Under the pieces are notes generated by a model. The model was not told where the DNA came from. It saw only the letters and a list, made by a program, of their open reading frames with translations, and ran no database searches. Below are positions 19,495 through 34,400 of a stretch of DNA of 64,000 nt, in pieces. Source of the DNA: Tubulanus polymorphus (taxonomy: Eukaryota > Animalia > Nemertea); NCBI RefSeq assembly GCF_964204645.1, contig NC_134030.1, positions 17,050,110 through 17,114,109 on the forward strand, read 5' to 3'. Every line of letters starts with the position of its first letter. Position 1 is the first letter of the stretch. The position numbers were made by a program, and so were the translations under genes.

Positions 19495-22400
19495 ATGGCC
19501 GCCGTCATGGACGATCATCCTGAATTAACCATCGCCGAAGACATCGTTGTCACCAAATATAAGATGGCTGGTGACATGGTGAACGGTAAAGTCGTTTTCG
19601 AATATTTTCGGAGTAATTTAACTGAGTAATTTTCTATGTCAGGGTCTGATATTTACGCGGCTATATGCGGTAAAAGAAAAGCCGGTTGGTATGAACTTGC
19701 CGCCATCCCATATGCTCCTCCGAACAATGCCCATAATTGTATTTCAGGGCATGGTTCTACCGAAATAATTATCTGACCCTGTTTAATTAAATGTCACTTT
19801 CCCATTTACTCTAGTCTAAGTGCACAGTTTTATTCAAACTTATTTTCACATAGGCCTAATGGTCATAAATTTTCTCCGGCCAGCTGGTGATAAATGTGAT
19901 TGGTGATAAATTTATTTTTCAAATCACAGACACTCGCCGATGGGCTTGGGATTCAGTTCCTGGGGTTATTGATAGTGGATGTGTTTTGAAAGGTTATTCA
20001 GCATTAAATCGTCTTGCTTCTGATTGATTCGTTTAAGACGATAATGGCCACTTGCTCCACACATAACGACATCACTAAACACTAACAAACGGGTCCTCCT
20101 TAGTACCGAGATGAGGTAATTTACCGAGATGAACCGAGATGACATGAAATAAAGCATATTTATTTATTCCTTATCGATTTTAACACTTGAAATCATGTTA
20201 TATCAGTAAGAAATACCTTCTAGAGTCATATTTTTCCGGATATTTTGTAAAAAAAATTTTGACTTCAAATACTTAATCTCGGTTAGCAATAAAATTTCAT
20301 TGAATTTGATCGATCGACGATCTCATCTCGGTAAAGTTAAAAGTTATTTTTCTACAAAAATATCCGACAAAATATGTAAAATATGACTAGCAGGTATTTA
20401 TTACTGATATAATATGATTTCAAGTGTTAAAATCGATAAGGAATAAATAAGTATGTTATAGGCCTATTTCATGTCATCTCGGTAAAATACGTCATCTCGG
20501 TAATAAGGAGGACCGCTAACAAACTTCTAGAATTAAAACTTTTATTTTGTATGATGCTTACTTGTAAAATTACACTTATGATATATCTTATTATACCATC
20601 CGACTGTGTGACTCTATCAATATGTGAAACGTCTTTTAATATATAAAAGGATATGTGATGAAGCATGAGCATATAGGAAAAACTTTACAGGCGTTCAGAC
20701 GGCAAAACAAGGTCACAAGGCCACTAAGAATTCCCCTTCTATCTTTGCATTTAGAGGGATTTCTTAATCATGTCACTCAACAGCTGTAAGACATTCGGTG
20801 ACCTAGTGTTGCTGTCTGAACGCCTGTTAAGTGTATATAATCAAAAACCCCAGGAACTGTATCCCAAGCCCATGTGCGAGTGCCTGTGATTGGACTCGGT
20901 AAAATTGCAGGGGCAAGTTGCTCAAAATTTGACTTTGAAGTTGGTTAAAGATAAATGGCGGATAAATACTATAGTAACAATGAACTTTTGATTATTATCC
21001 GTATTAAAAATCCCGATTGTGGCAATAAATTCAAATCAAATTGAAATTCTAGGTTTTTGGGCCTCTAAATGACTTCCGACCTTTCGGATTTTGCCGTTTT
21101 CATCCCTGTAGGGCCCCCTGACCTACAACTTTTACATCACAATGTGTTGAACTTCAGAAAATATTTTGCGATTGTGCAGTAGGCCTATAATTACTTGGAG
21201 GCCATTACTAAACTTACATAGGCCTATATATGAGCTAATTTATGTCTTTAGTTGTGTACTCTACATAGATATTTTTATTTCACATCTTTCTTTACATAAA
21301 ATTTTTATATCTTATTTGGAACAATACGAATGAAGTTCGAATGAGTAAATCGCTTGCATTGTTTTAATTAATCCAATAACCAAAGTAGTGATTGCTAAAG
21401 CATGCTTTAGCTCTCCGGTTTAGATTTTGCATTTTTAACAACATCGAATGAATTTCATTTGGCTAATTGCAGGCATTCTGAAAGAGATCGTCAGCGAGTG
21501 CGTCGAAGGCAAAAATATCATTGACATATGTAAATTCGGAGACCGGCGTCTGCAAGAAGAAACGAGTAATGTGTTCAAAAAGGAAAAAGAGATGAAAAAG
21601 GGTTAGTAGATGATTTTGAATGCAGACCACTCTACCCTATCTAACAATGTGGTGCACAGCGAGTCATGTATGGGACATCTTGATTTTCGTTTGTATCTGG
21701 AAGATTGTGGTATTCTATTAATTAAGCAATCGCGATGAAAACATGTACAATTAGACTTGTAGTAAGCGGGATTGGTCGAAATTTGCCAATGTAAGCCCAT
21801 TGCATACACAAAGTGCTTTCTTCAGATGGCTAGAGAATTTTGTTGATATTCACATATATATATAGGCCTATAAATACCCTGGATTTCCCGGCATGCTAAG
21901 AATAAAAAAAATCAATGCGTGCGAAGGTCCTGACACTGCAGCGCTCAGCCGCTGAATTCACTGAACCAGCGGCCTCAACTCATCAAGTTTCAATGCCCGT
22001 AGATAAACTTTTATTATGATCACCGAAATATTTTTCAAAAATTAGGTTACCAAATGGAAATAATTTAATGCTTGCTGAACTTTTGACAAGTGCAAATTAT
22101 ATAAATGAAAGAGCATCCCAGAAGGCTGGGAAAACGCATCTGAGCAACTACAAACAGAAAATTTTTCCAGGGGAGGGCCCCCAAAACCCCCTATCCTGAT
22201 AAGTGCTCGCACCTTCAGTGTTCGTTCTTGCGTACATACCGCCCCTTAGAATTTTATTACTATGGAGAACACTGTAGTAGTATTTTCATAAAAAGACTCA
22301 ACTTAATAACAAGAACTTTGCAATGCGTTGCAGATAAAGAATTGATAAAGCGAAAAACTTAAGAATTCAGAATTAAGTTTATCATTTTGATATAACTTTT

Positions 22401-25400
22401 TACCTTCTTGACTGTGGGACTCAAAATTAAGGGTCTTGATTTTGAGTCCCACAGTCAAGAACGTATGAAGTTATAAAGACTCGACTTTTCAAGCAAGCAA
22501 TCCATTCTTAATAGGGAGGTAAAAGTTGCTCAATAATTATCTAATCACATGTCATGTTTCATAGTAATATTAATAGTCATTTATTCCTATAGCACCCGTT
22601 TTTCTGTGATACAATGTTCATCAGTGCTTTCTCCATTAAATTGCTATTATTGCCCCAGCCAATATAACTAACCATTTATCAGTCATCTCTCCGGGGGAAG
22701 TAACATCCTTGCGTCTTCTGGGCGCTCAGGTTTCATCTGTCAGTTTGGGTAGGCCCCTACCCATTTACTCCTGAAGAGAGGCAATGATAATAAGTGTCTT
22801 GCCGGGAAAGCCCATGACCTGGCTTCCCAGAGTCGAATGCTCTAACCACTCGCCCGTACCGCTCGCTTTCATATCTTTATTTCTCTAAAGTTGGATCGAA
22901 AAAAATTCCTGAATCAGACATGTTCTGGTAGTCTGATTTTTTCTTACTCCTGTGTTTTCTGGCTTATACATGTTTTACTCCAGTCAGTCACAGCATTGAG
23001 GACTATGATAACTAAGTTGGTGCCTCCAGGTGGACTTCCATCCATAGAATTTCTGGTTGGTTCATATGCTGGTCATTCGGCATTTTATTGATGAAAGTGT
23101 CTGTGTTTTGCAGGTATTGCTTTCCCAACATGCATTTCTGTGAATAATTGTATTTGTCACTACTCGCCTCTGGAGAGTGAAATCACGAAAGCCGTCGTGC
23201 TGAAAAAGGGAGATGTTGTCAAAATGTAAGTACACGATGGCCAAAATTTTATGTGCCGTGAAACTACAGTCAATGCCTGTTATAGGCCTACCGCCAAATT
23301 CACCTATCGCGTACAATATCCTTGTGCACAGTTCATTTGGTATTTATATGTAAGCAAATAGCTCATGTTATACCATATTCTCTCACCCTCCGCCATAACG
23401 CCACTGATATCCTAGAACATTCCTATTCAAACTTACAGAACGCATTCTCATACCGACAACGATCTTTCCAGCACGTTAGTATCGATACATTTGGTTCGGC
23501 AGTATCACACATATGCAATGTATTATTTTTTTTTTTGTTCTCAAAATTGAATAAGGACTTGAATGAACTGCCTTTCCTGAATTAAGGTTAACTGATGTTT
23601 AAGTCTGTATTTTGCGCGGAATAAAGAGGATTGTTAATAGAGTTCACAACTGGTCTTGTCATGTTTTTGGGATTTGTATTCTTAAAATAGATAATCCTGC
23701 CTTCGTGATGTAGGATGAAGCTGAATTTTTATCGCTTACGAAAGTTTTGACAATATCAGTATAATTTATTCCCCGCTGAGCCAGTTGAACCTACCTGACA
23801 TCTCATTAATTGTGAATTATATATATTTTGGTGAACTGGATGCATGTATTACTATCTTATTTTGCAGTGATTTTGGTGCTCATATCGATGGTTTTCCCGC
23901 TATGGTCGCACATACACTGGTTGTCGGAGCATCTAAGGTAATGATCAGGGTTGCCACTTGCCTCGAAAACTCAGGAAAATGGGATAATGTTATTGACATC
24001 TCTATGAATACACACTTCATAACATTTTAAACCTAAAATATTTTCTCTGATTCTGATTCTCTGATTGGAATTTTGTCTACTCACATGGAAAAATTCAAGG
24101 GATTTGTAAATGGGTGGATGGTCACAAATGTTATAATTGTCCCCCCCCCCTGCTAAATCTGTATAATTTTCGATTGAGATTAATTTGGCATCAAAATTAT
24201 GTTTTATTTTGGCAACATTATTTTCGCCTCTTGCCAGTGGACGCATTGTTTGTGGTTCTATCTCATTCGATATAGCCTAGATGACGAAGACTATGATTTT
24301 TCAGTTGATCAGTTGACGATGATTTTGTTCCGTACGCACTTGGTATGTGTCTGAATTTGTTACAGACTCAAAGGCTGACTTAACGAAAGTGACTCAGTGA
24401 ATGAATGAGTGAATGTCTGATTCTTCTGAATCTTACAAGTTATATACAATCAGACGGACGTGTGACAGACCGGCAAGTGACAGGCGACAGACAAACTGGA
24501 CATTGTTTAATCCATTTGTGGGACATCTGTCTAAGCTAAGATTTGTTAATAACAAAGCAAAGAAATGAGCAGATATAAGCCGCGTTCACACTCGATTCGG
24601 CACTTAAGTACCGTAGGTCACTGGTGCTGAATTCACCAAAATATGGCGCTTACACTGCCAGTTACGTTCACACTACGAGTCGGCAATAGTAGTCACCCAG
24701 TGTGCCAATAGAGGGGATTGTAATGAGTGTTTAGTGTTTTGTACTACGAGGATGTTACACGGCTAGCTAAGCGCCGAATCTGCATTCACACTACAGAAAT
24801 TACGCGGCCATCTCAGTTCCGTACTGAGATCGGGTTTTTGGCGCAGAATGGCATTCCGCGCTTATTAAGCCGCCAATTTCAGTAAGGAACTGAATAGGCC
24901 TCGAAAAATTTCCTAGTGTGAACGCTTAGTACCGTACTGAAATCCTAGTGTGACCGCAGCTGTAGTTGAGATAAAAAAATACGACTTTAGATACAATAGT
25001 ATGAAAGGAGAAAAGGCTTTGTTATATTTACCTACCAGTACTTATTGAGGATCAAAAACTTGAACTTGAATTTATAACTATATCCAGATTAGACAGAATT
25101 CTGGGTTATGCAGGGATTACTGTGTGCACCCATTTCAAAGTTGAACTGATTTTTTGACTTACAGCATTCGAGGTTAAATGGAGTCTAGTTATTTGTATGG
25201 ATACAGTATCTTCTATACCCCTCAACGAAGTGTCCACGGGTTTTGATAAGTCTTAGAAAGTTTTGGAAAAATGGGAATTTTTTTTCCAGGCCCTGGAAAA
25301 ACTATGGAAATTTCGTTTTTCTTTCTATGGCTATGGAAAGGGTATGGAAAATCAGAAAAATGACCTCAAAATAAAAATGATCTTCAATTTTGAATTATAG

Positions 25401-28400
25401 GCTATAGGCCTATGCCAATAGTCACCACTAAGAATTTTGATAACAAAAAGGAGTTGTCATTTACCAGGTAACAGCTTGTCTATAGCCACTATGCATTTGA
25501 GAACAATATGAAAACACTTTGTGAATGGTCATGATAATGACCACTAATTATTTTTGAATGGTAATTTGGTTACAATATAGACTAGTAATTAGTGCATATG
25601 AAAAGTGTGCAAGTTATGCCTATTGAAGGACAGGACCTGCCCTTTTCGTATCTAGACTAAATTATAATGATGTTGCTTTGTTTACACCAGGGAAGGGATC
25701 CCACCTCCCTGTTAACACTTATTATTCTTGGTTATTAACTTAAAACTGTGAAGACTGGCTTTACTGTGTTGCGAATGACTGTCATTCTGCGTGATCTGTC
25801 TGTTTAAAAACATATGATATTACAGTCAACCCCGCATAAGTCGTCATCGAATTAGTCGTATCATCACATCTCTCGTATAATTATTTTGGTCCCAATTTTT
25901 TTCTTCTTTAAACCTTATGAAATTATGCTTATAACTCGTACGTCATAAGTCGTATTTTCACGTAAGTGGTATCAATTTTAGAAGCCAAATCGTCTGATTC
26001 CATTAAAAATACCTTGCGTAAGTCGTAGCCCGATATGCCGGCAGCAGATAAAAATACGCTACAATATTGTCTGTGTAAGTGTTTAGACAGTTACAACGTA
26101 ACTTTCTTGCGAAGTTTTCTGCGTGGTGCAAGTAGCTGAGGGTAAATTTCGGCGATATACGATCTTCACTCTCAGCTCAGGATACAATCGGAAACATGAG
26201 GAACCATGCTAAAATTTGTGGGTCGTATATATTGTATTTTTACGTCTTATTCGCGGAATTCATATAAAAGTGCGACTTATAGATACCTCGTAAAAATACG
26301 GCTTACCCGTGACTCGTACATGATGTAAGTCATTGATAAATCGTCAGTCCAAGTGCTACGACTTATGCGGGGTTGACTTCTAATATGGGTGAAGGAGCAG
26401 TGAGAATTAGTCACATGCAAGGCCAGAAACACACAACTTGATTGAGAAAAAACATGTGTGGTTTGTCATAGATTCAGACCCATTCCAACCAGGGGGGAAC
26501 CCTAAAGCTGTGTTGTATTAGACTTGAATGATATTACAAGCTTTTGATCCTGTATAATGATATTTCTTTTATTTCAGGATAATAAAGTAACTGGACGTAA
26601 AGCAGATGTGATAATGGCTGCCTACTATGCTAGTGAAGTTGCACTGAGATTGATCGTACCTCCAAACGACGTAAGTTTTTGGCGAACCGTAGTTTTCCTA
26701 TGCAAACGCTCTGGTGAAGCAGTTTTCATTGAAAATAAGTAGAGTACCTGTGTGGGTGTGTTTACAAGGCACAATCATTGGCTGCTGAACCAAAAGTGTT
26801 GGAGATTTTTGGTGTCTTGGTATTGTTTAATGACCTCTTGAGCCCACAAAAATTACATAGTGATCGAGTTATTTTTAGGGGACTTATTCTTGAAAACACG
26901 TCAAAACCTGCTTTTTAGCACTAAGTAATGGCACGTTTTTACATATGACAATTTACATACTTGGAATTGAAATATATAGAAGTTCAATCCTTCCTGAAAG
27001 TGTTGCCATTTTTTGGCCACCAGTAGGCTGAGCCTATTACTACACAAATGGAGCGAATTTAAATGACTACGTTTCCAGAGCAAAGGCTCTTTAACTGTGC
27101 AACTGAGCATATATTCATACAAATCTTTCATTAAAGCATCAACATTCTCCAAACTCTACGTAGCTGAATTTTGCAAGAGGGCCTCGTTAATATTTATATG
27201 AGCTTTTTCACGAATAGCTGATTGCAAAAATATTGGTTTTGAAAAGCCAATCAGAAAGCAAAGACTCCTCTATGATTGGCTTAGCCGTAGAAATCAGCAG
27301 GTGATCACGTGAACCCGCGGTATCGTCTACCGTTTTACTTCCGGGTTTTATTTAAAGATCTAAAGTTCGATTTCAGTGAAAGCTTTAGTTGATTTGGTTT
27401 TTGGGAGGAATATTTTTATTAGCACTACAGATTGACCATTGTGCAAAGTCCGGGAAAAATAGCTTTTTCTCTAATCAGATAGATGACTTTGATATGCTAA
27501 TTGGCCATGTGCTCAAGCTACAAATTCAATCAAATTTTATTCTGCAAAAAATATCAAATAAAATTCAATTTTGTTTTATTGAACAAATTTCAGAAAATTA
27601 AATTCTATTCCACATTAAAATCAATAAGACCAAGGGAAAAGATTAATCTGAGGTATTCGTTCCTGCCAACTCCAGTCGCTGTCTGTGCTACTTATTAATT
27701 AGTGTAAATTATTAGGTATTAACTCTAGAGCTGGGAGTGTATTTTGACAAACTAGAAACCCTCTTCAACCCTCAACCCTCTTCAACATTTCAACCCTCAG
27801 AATGCATCATCATCTGCCATTTTATGAAAAGCTGACAGGCTGGCCATAGTGCCCCTTGGGGCTCTTGTTTGTGCGACTCATCTTGATGTACTTTTTGACC
27901 TACAGGCCCTCACTTAATAAGCCCCAAAATTTTCTCGCTCCTATTTATCTGAGTTGACCTTGTTACCTGAGCTACAATGAATGTGATTGGCTGTTTGTGG
28001 GATATACGGGAAATTCCGGGAATATCGGCGCTTCTGATGTACTCAATGTATATCAATCGATGATTCTGCGTTATTTATTTGGTAAAAATGAAAAATAGAT
28101 TAGCAAAAAATATTTGTTAACAACGACCTCCCACCGCCAACCAGTCGCATTTGTTCTCTGCTGTAATCAGTGTGTCTGTGGATGTGACAAGTTAAAAATA
28201 AAAGTATTAGTAGTGTTAGGAGTGGACAATTATAATTTGCACGAATCATGCCGGTATTACAAACATACAATATTGTATTGACAATTGAAATGAAAAAAAC
28301 ACAAATGTAACGCAAAATCAAAATATCTGAAAAAATTCAGATATAACTGAAAATTTATGATATTGTCTGACACGGTGTTGTCAGGTCTGTATCACTATTG

Positions 28401-31400
28401 TACTACGGAAATCTGTGCGAAGCGATCAATCTACACGTGTTTTTAAAAGAAAAACAAACAGGAGTCTGGGAAACGTGCGCCGTGCATGCATTTTAATTCA
28501 AATATATAGATTCATATTGCCGCGCGCGTTATAAATATGCATGTTTTTTATACAGTGAAAATAAGCTTTTTGAATGAAATATACTTGATCATAGATTTTC
28601 ATCAAAGTTGTCGTATTAAAAGGTCTTTGAAAGTGATAGACATTGCTATGTTGAGTCTGTTGATCTTATTGCACTATAACCGGCCATATCTTACTCTAGA
28701 GTTTAAGGTAATAACAAATCGATCTAAAGTATTTGTTCCTGCCTACCACTGTCTGAGGCTTCAACCTCACCGTACTGCTCAGGGCACTAGGTGAACAAAT
28801 CTGCATAATTAAAAGATCAGTAGAATGAATAATGTAATGGCCTATGTTATCATGAATATTGTAAAAGAAACTGGACCGCAAGAGCACAGGACGTTTGGTC
28901 CTCTAGTTTCACTTCATGTGATGAGTTGAATGATGAGTTTGTACCGAATCATGCGTGTCATCTGACCACTGATTGTGTAACTAGTGAAACCATGTGGATA
29001 TCAATGTTCTGTTGATTGAAATGTGATAACTACTTATTCATCAGCTAATATGATCATTGGGCTTCTCTGACAACCACCTAATCCTACATCCTTCCTCGGC
29101 AGGGAATCGAACCTGATGGTATCGCTAGACTTGGCCATGGCATGAATGCCTGTCACTGGGTTTGTACGAGCCACCAAATAAAAAAAGATCAGAACAAAAT
29201 CTACCAATCTAAATAAACAACAGGGTCAATCCCTATTTTAAGATTAAAAAACTTAATTTCTATGGACTTTCGCTTTAGTTGATCATTGCAATTGTGTGTC
29301 AAGTTGAATGATGAGTTAGTACCAAATCATGCGTGTCATCTGACCACTGATCGTGGATCTAGTAAAACCATGTGGATATCAATGTTCTGTTGATTGAAAT
29401 GTGATTACTTCTTATTCATCAGCTAATATGATCATTGGGCTTCTCTGATGACCACCAAACCCCTATGGATTATAGTATTATTGCTTTAATTTTTTTTTGA
29501 ATGAATCATAACTTAACTTTCTGATGATATTCAAACCTGGCAATGTTCATGGAAAAGATGTCGGTATCACTGTATGTTTTAAGTCATAGCGTCAGTTGGG
29601 ATTACCACCACTCTCCCACATTTGTGTGTCAAGTTGAATGATGAGTTAGTACCAAATCATGCATGTCATATGACCTCTGATCGTGTATCTAGTAAAACCA
29701 TGTGGATATCAACGTTCTGTTGATTGAAATGTGATAACTACTTATTCATCAGCTAATATGATCATTGGGCTTCTCTGATGACCACCCAGCCCTTATGGAT
29801 TATAGTATTATTGCTTAAATTGTTTTTTATGTGAATCATGAATCTATGTTCCCATAATATTCTAACCTGACAACATTCATGGACATGGAATAGGTGTCGG
29901 TGGCTCTGTATGTTTATACCCCCTGCAACGAAGTGTGGGGGAGGGGTATCGTGGAGTCGCGTCGTCCGTTGTCCATCTGTAGACACAATCTTGTCCAGAT
30001 ATCTCTTAAACTACTGGCTCTCTCTTCTTGTTACTTTACCCATATGTTTGTCTGGATATGAAGTTGTCCATGTGCATTTTATTTTTGTAAATCCAAGATG
30101 ACCGATTGGTGGCCATTTTTGTTTTCTTAAATGCTTAATACATGAAAAAGATGATGTTAGCCTAAACTTCTAAATGAAACAGATTTGATAATGAAAATGT
30201 GTTGCAGATGGAATGCTACGCCTTTGTGCAAAGTTTCAAGGTCACATGATATTCCATGTGACAACCAGGGGGTGTTCGATACATAAAAAGTGATCACCTT
30301 GTAGATGTAGACAAAACATATTAAGTTATGTCTCCCTGGTGGGGATTGGTGCTCGTGAGTTTTCCACCCATATTGAAAATGTTGGTTATGGTCCATCATG
30401 AATGCAAGGGCAGCCATCTTGAATTTCTAGTTTGCACAATTAAGGAGACGAGTAGTACCCTATAGATTAACTATTTATTTGACGCCTGAGCTTTCGCTAG
30501 AAGCTTCATCAGGCGAATGAAACTGTTTGCACAATCAGCCTTTAACTCTTACAAAGTGGAGGAAAGTATTGGTGGGGGGGAGGTATTTAAAGCTGCAAGG
30601 TGTAACTCTAGTCTGTTATGGTGTAAGTAGGTATAACCATTATAGAAACTCCACGTCTGGTTAAGATCATATAAAGAGTGATTGTTTTCATTGTAGAACT
30701 ACAAAGTAACGGATGCCATTCAAAAAGTTGCAGAAGAATTTAGCTGTAAACCGATTGAGGGTAAGTTTTCTTTTGGTCCACCACTGAGCATTTCAAACCA
30801 CATCCGAAGTGAACCCCTAATTTAATTTGGTCACCTGAGGGCGTTAAATAGCCGAATAACTTAATATTTTCGTATTGTTTTGGTACCTAGGCATATTTTT
30901 TGACCAAATTTTTGCAAAACACAGCTTATGACATTTTCTATGATTGTGGTGAGTTTCAAGGTCATTGGTTTCTTAATATTTCTTTACTGAAACTAACGAT
31001 CTTTTCCGACCTTTCAGTTTCACTTCCATCATTCTTGAAAACTAGCCCGTTTTCATCCCTGCTAAGAGCTCTTCGTAAAATTGTGTGTTTTCTCATGGTT
31101 CGTTCAGAGTAGCGACCAATGCATGTATTTATTTCTGACAGTGATCTGACCTACATTCTACAGTATTATTTTCATTCATATATTCAATAGTATTCATTCA
31201 TTCATGCTGCTCACTCGCTCATTGATCTATTCATCATGAAGCAGAAACTGCACACAGCGTTCGAAAAAAAGTGATCGAATTCTATCGAATGTCCTTATCA
31301 AGAATAGGAAAAAAAATCTGTTGGCTAAAATCCTGTTTATTGACGTTAAATCCCAATAATCATTCAGACACAATTAAGTGTATTAAGCCTTTTAACACTT

Positions 31401-34400
31401 TTCTTTAAAAAAACTTGTGAACATCGATCTGGTCGGACATCGTTCACCTTGGATAATTTCCCATGGTCCTCAGAGATTGAGGTAACCGGAGTCTACTTAA
31501 TTATCCAAGTGGGTGCTGTCCCTAATACACTAGTTGTGAAATGTGTACAAGTGTGGTATTGCCTGTTAGTTCTGTGTGATGTTTTGGCTGCCCTGTTGTG
31601 TTGATGGGAATCCTGTGATTATTAAACTTGTGGTTCTTGTTATTTTGATATTATTCTTTTCCTTTTCTCAGGAATGCTTTCGTATCAGTTACAGCAGCAC
31701 ACAATCGATGGAGAAAAAGCAATCATTCAGAATCCAACTGAAAACCAACGAAAAGACCACGAAAAAAAAGAATTCGAGTTGCATGAAGTTTACGCGCTTG
31801 ACATGCTGATCAGTACTGGGGAAGGACGGGTAAGAAAGAGTTTGTTTTTTATGGTACAGGTATCACTGCCTTAATCCGTTCTGTTGGGAGCTTAATTTGT
31901 CTGCTGAAATTTGGCAGTTATCCAATCGTTGTGTCTGGCATCATATGCACCAGTGATCATTACGGTCACTAGGAAGATTAACTACCATTCAAAGTATAAG
32001 GGTATCTTATTTCCTGACACACTGGATGAAATATCTTGCGAGATCAGTGGGTGCTCGTCTGTTTTCTATGGAATACTTTACATTGTAATGAATTAGTTTC
32101 ATGTCATTTCAACATCATCAAAACTTTTGACATATTGTCATGTTACTGTTGTTTGTCCATTTATTTTATCAGGGAAAAGAAATGGAAAGCAAAACTACTG
32201 TTTACAAAAGACGTAATGAGACATATAGTTTAAAGATGAAAGCTGCCAGGAGTAAGTTAAATATAAAACCATTTCAGTTTCGGCATCATTGACATTAATT
32301 AATACCTGTGTGTAGCAATCTGCTGTCTGGATTTCACTATAGAAACCGGGTAATTCGAATCATTTCCAACTGAAAAAATTAATGCAATGTTTGTTAAATC
32401 TAATTTAATTAACAGCATATTTTATGTTTGTGCATTTGCTTAGATTGACTAAGTAATGTCTAAATTGCATTTCAATCTGGTTTAAGCTGAATCGAATTAG
32501 CCTCTGTATTTGACTGCATTTCTTGTTCTTCCTAATTTCTTTATTAAGACTCTTCCCATATGGTTTCACCCTGAACATTTTTAAGCCACGTTTACGCTTG
32601 CTTCTAAGACCCTGATATCCATGCTGCAGATTGATACATGGAACAGCTAACCATCTTAACTTAGGACACGAAAGATCCAGTAGGACTGTTGGTAAAACTA
32701 CTTTGATATAAATATATTACTTCTTAAGTGTAGATGCTACTCACTGTAAACGTTGGTTTTCGTTGAATCCGGATACATCGAAACCCGGGTTCAACACGCT
32801 TATGTAGACATGGTTTAAGTATATCCAGAGTTAAGTCATTAAAATGATTTTAATTTAGTAATTTCCTGGATATGAATCTACATTATTCCATTACCATTCT
32901 ATGCTTCAGTATTCATAAGTTGGATCTTTATTTGAAAATATGGGATATCGACAAATCCAAATTCTGGAATTCCTCGTTTGATGGTGCTAGTCAGAACTGG
33001 AAATTGGAAGCTAAATCCGTCATGTTTTAGTTCATTTTCAATAAAGATCTCTCGCTTCAAGTTTTTAATGAGCGTTTTTTACTTACTATGTATCGTCATG
33101 ATTAATCCTTCAAATATGATATCCTACTGCGCCATCAAACGAGTAATTCCAGAACTTGAATTTGTCGATATTCGGTTTATTGGGATTCTGGAGGCTATAT
33201 AATCTAGTCGATTGCAAAATGACATTTGCTACCAGTGAGTCAGTGAGTCATGCCATCTGGTGAAAACGTTTCTTGTTCCAAATTGTGTAAACAATCATCT
33301 TTGTTTTTATTAGATTTCTTCAGTGAAGTAACCAATAAATTTTCATTCATGCCATTTACGCTGAGGGCTTGTGAGGATGAAAAGAAGGCTCGTTTGGGTG
33401 TAGTAGAATGTGTAAACCATCATCTTCTTGAACCATTCAATGTTCTATATGAAAAAGATAGTAAGTATTTACCACATTGAAGTTACATGTTATAGATCTG
33501 TACCGGGTATTTTACCCTTTGGTCACCACGTTGAGTTGATTTAAACCTGTTCTGTATTTACTATTCCAACCTAAACATCGGTCAGTTTTTCTACATATTT
33601 AATTAACAGAGATCAAAATATTTGTTAATGTGCTGTGCTGAGCCAAATATGTGATACCAGCCAATTGATTCAGCCCTTTTATCACTCTGGTGGTGACAAA
33701 AGTAGTTTATGGCCGATCTTGCGTATGGTTATCAGCTGCATCATGACATTCAGGAATCAGTTGAAACATGTTCGGATACATCTACGAAAGACTCTGTCGC
33801 GCAAACATGATATCTTAGTAAATTATGGATTGATCAATTTACAGATGAATTCGTGGCACAGTTTAAATTCACGGTATTGTTGATGCCTAATGGACCAATG
33901 AAAATAACTGGTTTAAAATTTGACAGTGATTTGTATGAATCGGAACACAGCGTACAACAAGAGGAGTTAAAGGTAAACAGAAAGGGGATAACTACACCTA
34001 AAAATCTTGGTAGTGTATCAGTGTTCGATATAGAGGGATGTAGTGGCCGGTATTGAGGTTGTCTTCTGTTATCAACTCTGTCTATTGAACACTGCTGTCC
34101 TATAATGTTGTCACCATGATTTTGTTAATAAGTTAACAGGTTACGGACCATTGTGCTGGTTACTGTTTATGACGCAAGTACATTAGTGGTCGGAACTTTT
34201 CGTAGCAGTGGCCTAGCAAATAAATGGGCTTTGAGATAACTCGAATCAGCTCTTGATTCCTTTAGGTTTGTTTCCTCAAACAATGATCCAATGATCTTAG
34301 GAACACAACCAAACCAAGCCTACTACAGTGATGATGTTAATTCTAAGCTTTTTCGTAGTTAGGCCTATGCCTGTCTCTGTTCTTATGGGGGTAATGTTGT

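Noticed and set aside
29085-29176. tRNA gene between snoRNA copies 1 and 2
   Set aside because: A- and B-box-like motifs on the minus strand (tggctcg, ggttcgattcc) but no cloverleaf; more likely a SINE head fragment.
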